Source: a bacterium (GTDB taxonomy: Bacteria > Fidelibacterota > Fidelibacteria > Fidelibacterales > Fidelibacteraceae). Taken from it: 64,000 nt of DNA. The notes under the pieces were generated by a model that did not search any database, was not told where the DNA came from, and saw only the letters and a program-made list of their open reading frames with translations. Positions 59,994 to 64,000 of this stretch are shown here, piece by piece (position 1 is the stretch's first letter; every line of letters begins with the position of its first letter). The stretch covers positions 1,984,001 through 2,048,000 of the forward strand of contig OY781066.1 of assembly GCA_963676395.1 (NCBI GenBank). Reading direction: 5' to 3'. The translations under genes and the position numbers were made by a program.

Positions 59994-62804
59994 TTATTTC
60001 AAAATTGCGGGTTTAACATAGTAGATTTCTTCACGGTCCTCGCCCGAAAAGGTGATCTTGGCGATATATACACCTGAAGTATTGTCATCAATAAACCATG
60101 GAATATCATTCCATTGTTGATCACTGACGCTTCGTTGTATGGAATGTACAGGGATACCACTGAGAGTAAAGATATCAATTTTTACATCACTGGCGCCTGT
60201 AGCAAAGAAACGAAAATTCGTTTTTAACCCTTTGATAGGGTTTGGATAATTATAAATGAGTCCATTATTGATCAAGAGGTCTGACTGAACGCTTTCAATG
60301 GCTTTAATTGAATTGATATTATTTGTGTGATGAGCATCCATACCTTTATAACCCCAGTAGATGGAGTCAGATTCTAAAGAATACACGGATCCGTCCAATA
60401 CGCAATAAGCACTGTCATCGGTCACTTGTTCAAGAAAAAGTGTCGTGGCTTTAACGGGAGCAGTAAAGCTTAGGATTTTTTCTGCTTTTTCATTGAAAAT
60501 ATCTATAAGACCTTTGGGGTCGTAAGCTACAAAGCGTTTGGAATCGTTTACTTCATAAACTCTGAGTTTGCTGTAGTTGCCAACGATGGGAAAGTTGTTT
60601 AACATGGCTCCGGCATCATTAAATGCAAGCAAGGCATTATTATTTTCTGCTTCCCACAGTGCTACAATATCAAATTCATTATTATTATCTAAATGGATCG
60701 GAACGAGTGATGTGATTCTGGTATTTTCTAAAGGATAAAAATATCTTTGTTGAACACTATCAGGAATGGTGTTTCGTCTCAATACATAACCATCGGCAAA
60801 GTATTTTTTATTGTTACCGATAACCAATTCCGTACAGCGATCAAAGGAAATATCATTATCGATCACATAGGGTACTACGCGTAAACTGGCAGCACCAATA
60901 TCTGTTAAATTCCAAGCTAATATATCTAATTTATAGATGTTTTTATTCGTTGGATAAGGATCTCCCTCTTTGTAAGTATACGGAATTCTGGGAGGTAGAA
61001 AAAGCGTATTGGCTGCCAAAGTTATGCGTTCCAAATCTACCGGATTGGGCAGAGAAATTGTATTTTCTTCTTGCAATGAAGAAGCTAAATATGATAATTG
61101 GCTAACGACTGCATTGCTATCGGTATTCGTGACCAATAAAATATCATTATTGTAACTTATTAATGCAGTATTGCCTTTTTTTAATTTGGTGTCGCTTTGG
61201 AATATCTCTCTAAGTTCACCGTTGTTAAACAAAACGATAGATGAGTCGGAATAACCCAATAACAACTTATCTTCGGTAATATCTGCGGGCAGGGAACTTG
61301 TCATTTCATCGAACACAATATTCGGTAATAGAAAATCAGCGTATGCATCAATAACTAACTCAATAACCAATGAATCACCTTGAAAATTGAAATCATTGAT
61401 AGCAATACCTGTATTTATATTCTCAAATGATCGTGTATTTGGATGGGTATTGTTATTCCAACGTATTTTGTATTGTGAAGGATTGTTAAGTCTAAATGCC
61501 TCGTTATTTTTAAACCAGGTATCCCATTTCCATCCATTATTCACTGAGGAATTCAAAGCACCATAGAATTTTCCGATATCAGAACCACCGTCAGCTTCGA
61601 CAAGGTCTATAAAAGGAGATGCCCAATCATTGGGGTTTTCTACACCCAATTCACTTTCATTGACATGCCAAATTAGTAGTCCCGAATGAGGAAGTCCAAT
61701 ATCCAGATCCGAATAATCTGTTAACACGCCATTTGTCAGTGTGTAGTCTACAAGATTGAGTGAATCCATAACATGCAGAAGCTCAAGCCAATTTGTGATC
61801 GTAGAATCGTTCCACATGATGGAATCGGCCCACATGCCGGTATTTTCACGATATTCAATGAGGAAATATTCGTTCGAAGAAATGGGAATACGATAGATGT
61901 CATCTTGTTTGAGTGTGTAGTTGCCGCTGGTACTTGCGGTGATAATTTGTGAAGCACCTAAAAGATAACGTTCAAAAGCAGAAGGTTTGATGGGACATAA
62001 ACCGCTGCCGGTATTAGAACCCTGATCCATTAAACCGTAAACACCTGCTCCCGAGCGTCCCAACTCAATATCATATAGAGTTGGTAAACCCAATAGCATG
62101 CCGGTTAATAGAACTTCGGTCCCGTTTAGGGCAATGCTAATACCCATTTGGTTTTGTGATTCCGGTAATACGATACCTTGTCGACAGTTAAGTGCCATTA
62201 AACGATCATATTTTTCTGAAGGAAGAAATTCTTCCAAGTAGCTTTCGTCAAAATAGAATGACGGTATATCAAAAGGGGAATTATCCAGAGAGATTTTAAA
62301 ATCCTGACCTGCGCCTGCATGGTAAATAATAATGGCATCCTGATCAGATCGATACTGTCCGGATTCATTTGCAAGCATAACGCTTTCGTAAATAAGGCGA
62401 GCTAAACGAGTGTCCAAACTATCCGGTGTTGAATAATAACGCATGGGTTGAGACAGGGTAAATGAAGAATCAGCTAAAGGTAGTTGATAACTGTCGTCTG
62501 CATTGATCCTGACATTACCATTGGAGGCTTTATTCCAGTAATTATCCAAGAATTCCAAATGAGCTGAAAAATATGCACGATCATGGGGAAGGGGATCCAA
62601 CGCGTAATAATCTGTATCGTGTTCCGTCCACTCTGTCAGCATGAATTTACCGTTTCCGGTAGTGTATAGGGTATTATCTTCTTGAAACTCAACGCGGATA
62701 GATAAAAAGTCACGGGTTCCGGCAGATATTGTCTCTGAATATAATTCAGCTTCCAAAGTGAGGAAGCTGAATAGTATCAAGACGAAAAGAGCGAGTTTTT
62801 TCAT
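59994..62804 (-). CDS. M6/immune-inhibitor-A-like secreted protein with T9SS-type C-terminal domain; zinc motif degenerate
   Basis: IYHAGAG, LGLPTLYD, GLMDQGS, EYFLIEYR, GLLIWHV, VEADG; YNYPNP...SGVYIAKI. Confidence 0.8.
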   Translation of the reverse strand: MKKLALFVLILFSFLTLEAELYSETISAGTRDFLSIRVEFQEDNTLYTTGNGKFMLTEWTEHDTDYYALDPLPHDRAYFSAHLEFLDNYWNKASNGNVRINADDSYQLPLADSSFTLSQPMRYYSTPDSLDTRLARLIYESVMLANESGQYRSDQDAIIIYHAGAGQDFKISLDNSPFDIPSFYFDESYLEEFLPSEKYDRLMALNCRQGIVLPESQNQMGISIALNGTEVLLTGMLLGLPTLYDIELGRSGAGVYGLMDQGSNTGSGLCPIKPSAFERYLLGASQIITASTSGNYTLKQDDIYRIPISSNEYFLIEYRENTGMWADSIMWNDSTITNWLELLHVMDSLNLVDYTLTNGVLTDYSDLDIGLPHSGLLIWHVNESELGVENPNDWASPFIDLVEADGGSDIGKFYGALNSSVNNGWKWDTWFKNNEAFRLNNPSQYKIRWNNNTHPNTRSFENINTGIAINDFNFQGDSLVIELVIDAYADFLLPNIVFDEMTSSLPADITEDKLLLGYSDSSIVLFNNGELREIFQSDTKLKKGNTALISYNNDILLVTNTDSNAVVSQLSYLASSLQEENTISLPNPVDLERITLAANTLFLPPRIPYTYKEGDPYPTNKNIYKLDILAWNLTDIGAASLRVVPYVIDNDISFDRCTELVIGNNKKYFADGYVLRRNTIPDSVQQRYFYPLENTRITSLVPIHLDNNNEFDIVALWEAENNNALLAFNDAGAMLNNFPIVGNYSKLRVYEVNDSKRFVAYDPKGLIDIFNEKAEKILSFTAPVKATTLFLEQVTDDSAYCVLDGSVYSLESDSIYWGYKGMDAHHTNNINSIKAIESVQSDLLINNGLIYNYPNPIKGLKTNFRFFATGASDVKIDIFTLSGIPVHSIQRSVSDQQWNDIPWFIDDNTSGVYIAKITFSGEDREEIYYVKPAILK

Positions 62805-62824
62805 GGATCTTTCCGTTATGTATT

Positions 62825-64000
62825 TTAGAATTCGTAACGTAGGCTATAACGCATGGTATTTGTTAGTGGATGACCTTTTTTACCGCCTGTGTAGGCGAAA
62901 TCGAACCCGAGACCGCGGTAAATAAAACCAAAACCGACTGTGGGGTTCATCACGTCACCGCTTTCATCGTAGATAAGTCCGCCACGTAGAGCGAACATAT
63001 TGTTATATATATATTCCAAGCCCATATTGTAAACAAGTTCTCTCAATTCATTTGAGATAGAACCGTTGTTTTCGGAACCGACTTCGATCTTGTCATCACT
63101 GAAGTTTGAAGCACTTTTACCATACTCACCCCAACCGGAAGGAGAATCGATGGGGTCACCTTCATTATATTGTCCAGGACCATCTACTTCAAGTCCCGTA
63201 ACTGTATTAACCCATTTTGCTTCTCCGTTTGCGGGAACAACATAATCAATATATTGACCGGAAGCATTGTACCAACCTTGTTTGGCTCCATCAGCATTAT
63301 ACCCACCAATAATACCGTCACCATCGTAATCGACGTCACCACTGTAATGCCAGTCATCGGTAAAGGAGGTAAAAATACCTTTAAACCAATTGTCGGTATA
63401 ACTGTGTTCACCATGATCTGAGGTGAGAGGTGTTCCGTCTTCGATAATAAAGTTATTATTTACATCCATTGCCGGGTGTGATGAAGCAAGGATACGATTA
63501 ACATCAAAAACAATATTTAATTTATTGTGTTTTTCGTTCATAAGCTTAAGGTTCATACCCATTTTTAAGTTTGTGGGTTGAGGATCGGCTTGAGCATCAT
63601 CAATAAATGCGATCTTAGGGCCAACATTAGAAAGGGCAATACCTAAATCCAATCTATCGTCTAATAGGCGTTTAATCTGATATCCAATATCAAAACCAAG
63701 ATGGAAAGAATCTCCATTACCCTGTTCTGCACCGGTATTAACATTAGAAAGCATTTGGTATGCAAACTTAAGGTTAACACCCAAAGCAGAATTTGAAGTA
63801 ATTTTTGTAGCATAGGATCCGCTGACAGCCATCATATATGATCTAAATTCACCTCTTACATGGCCATATTCATCAGTCCACTGCTGTTGTCCAAGATCCA
63901 AATAGATCATATGACCACCAAACGTACCTAAATTAGGGACTTTATAGCCACCGGTTAAAAAAGTATATCCCATATCGCTTACAAGATTGGGTAACCATTT
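62825..64000 (-). CDS. porV: PorV/PorQ-family outer membrane protein, 5' end beyond the window
   Basis: KWLPNLVSDM, YLDLG, SNVGPKI, QADPQPTNLK, ALRGG, HPLTNTMRYSL. Confidence 0.85.
   Translation of the reverse strand, partial: KWLPNLVSDMGYTFLTGGYKVPNLGTFGGHMIYLDLGQQQWTDEYGHVRGEFRSYMMAVSGSYATKITSNSALGVNLKFAYQMLSNVNTGAEQGNGDSFHLGFDIGYQIKRLLDDRLDLGIALSNVGPKIAFIDDAQADPQPTNLKMGMNLKLMNEKHNKLNIVFDVNRILASSHPAMDVNNNFIIEDGTPLTSDHGEHSYTDNWFKGIFTSFTDDWHYSGDVDYDGDGIIGGYNADGAKQGWYNASGQYIDYVVPANGEAKWVNTVTGLEVDGPGQYNEGDPIDSPSGWGEYGKSASNFSDDKIEVGSENNGSISNELRELVYNMGLEYIYNNMFALRGGLIYDESGDVMNPTVGFGFIYRGLGFDFAYTGGKKGHPLTNTMRYSLRYEF

Overview
AT-rich bacterial chromosomal window. T9SS-type C-terminal sorting signals, PorV, a C25 peptidase and gene order point to an FCB-group organism, possibly Marinimicrobia/Fidelibacterota (inference). 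Housekeeping blocks: mnmA-panBCD-NTP transferase-LytR_C-rsfS; grpE-dnaJ-comEA plus three divergent Pil-like genes and rsmD; M16 peptidase; rsmI; lysA; pyk; der; and a long minus-strand envelope operon porV / M6-like / metallopeptidase-propeller-Omp85 / bamD / nadD / antiporter / methyltransferase / ftsEX / namZ. Mobile DNA: an intact 1035-bp IS256-family element (26-bp perfect IRs, 8-bp TSD) and an ~11 kb accessory region downstream of tRNA-Cys/tRNA-Leu(TAA). That region holds three partial tRNA-Leu copies, each preceded by the same arm sequence. They divide it into cassettes carrying almost only secreted or outer-membrane genes, along with two tyrosine-integrase remnants and a decayed IS3-like element. 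The most interesting items are this tRNA-anchored cassette array, a serine-palmitoyltransferase-like + SDR pair with a palindromic operator (candidate sphingolipid pathway), an M6-like protein lacking HExxH next to PorV and an Omp85 fusion, and a cryptic comEA-pilin-PilM-PilN/O-like cluster. No CRISPR array, rRNA or reverse transcriptase was seen.
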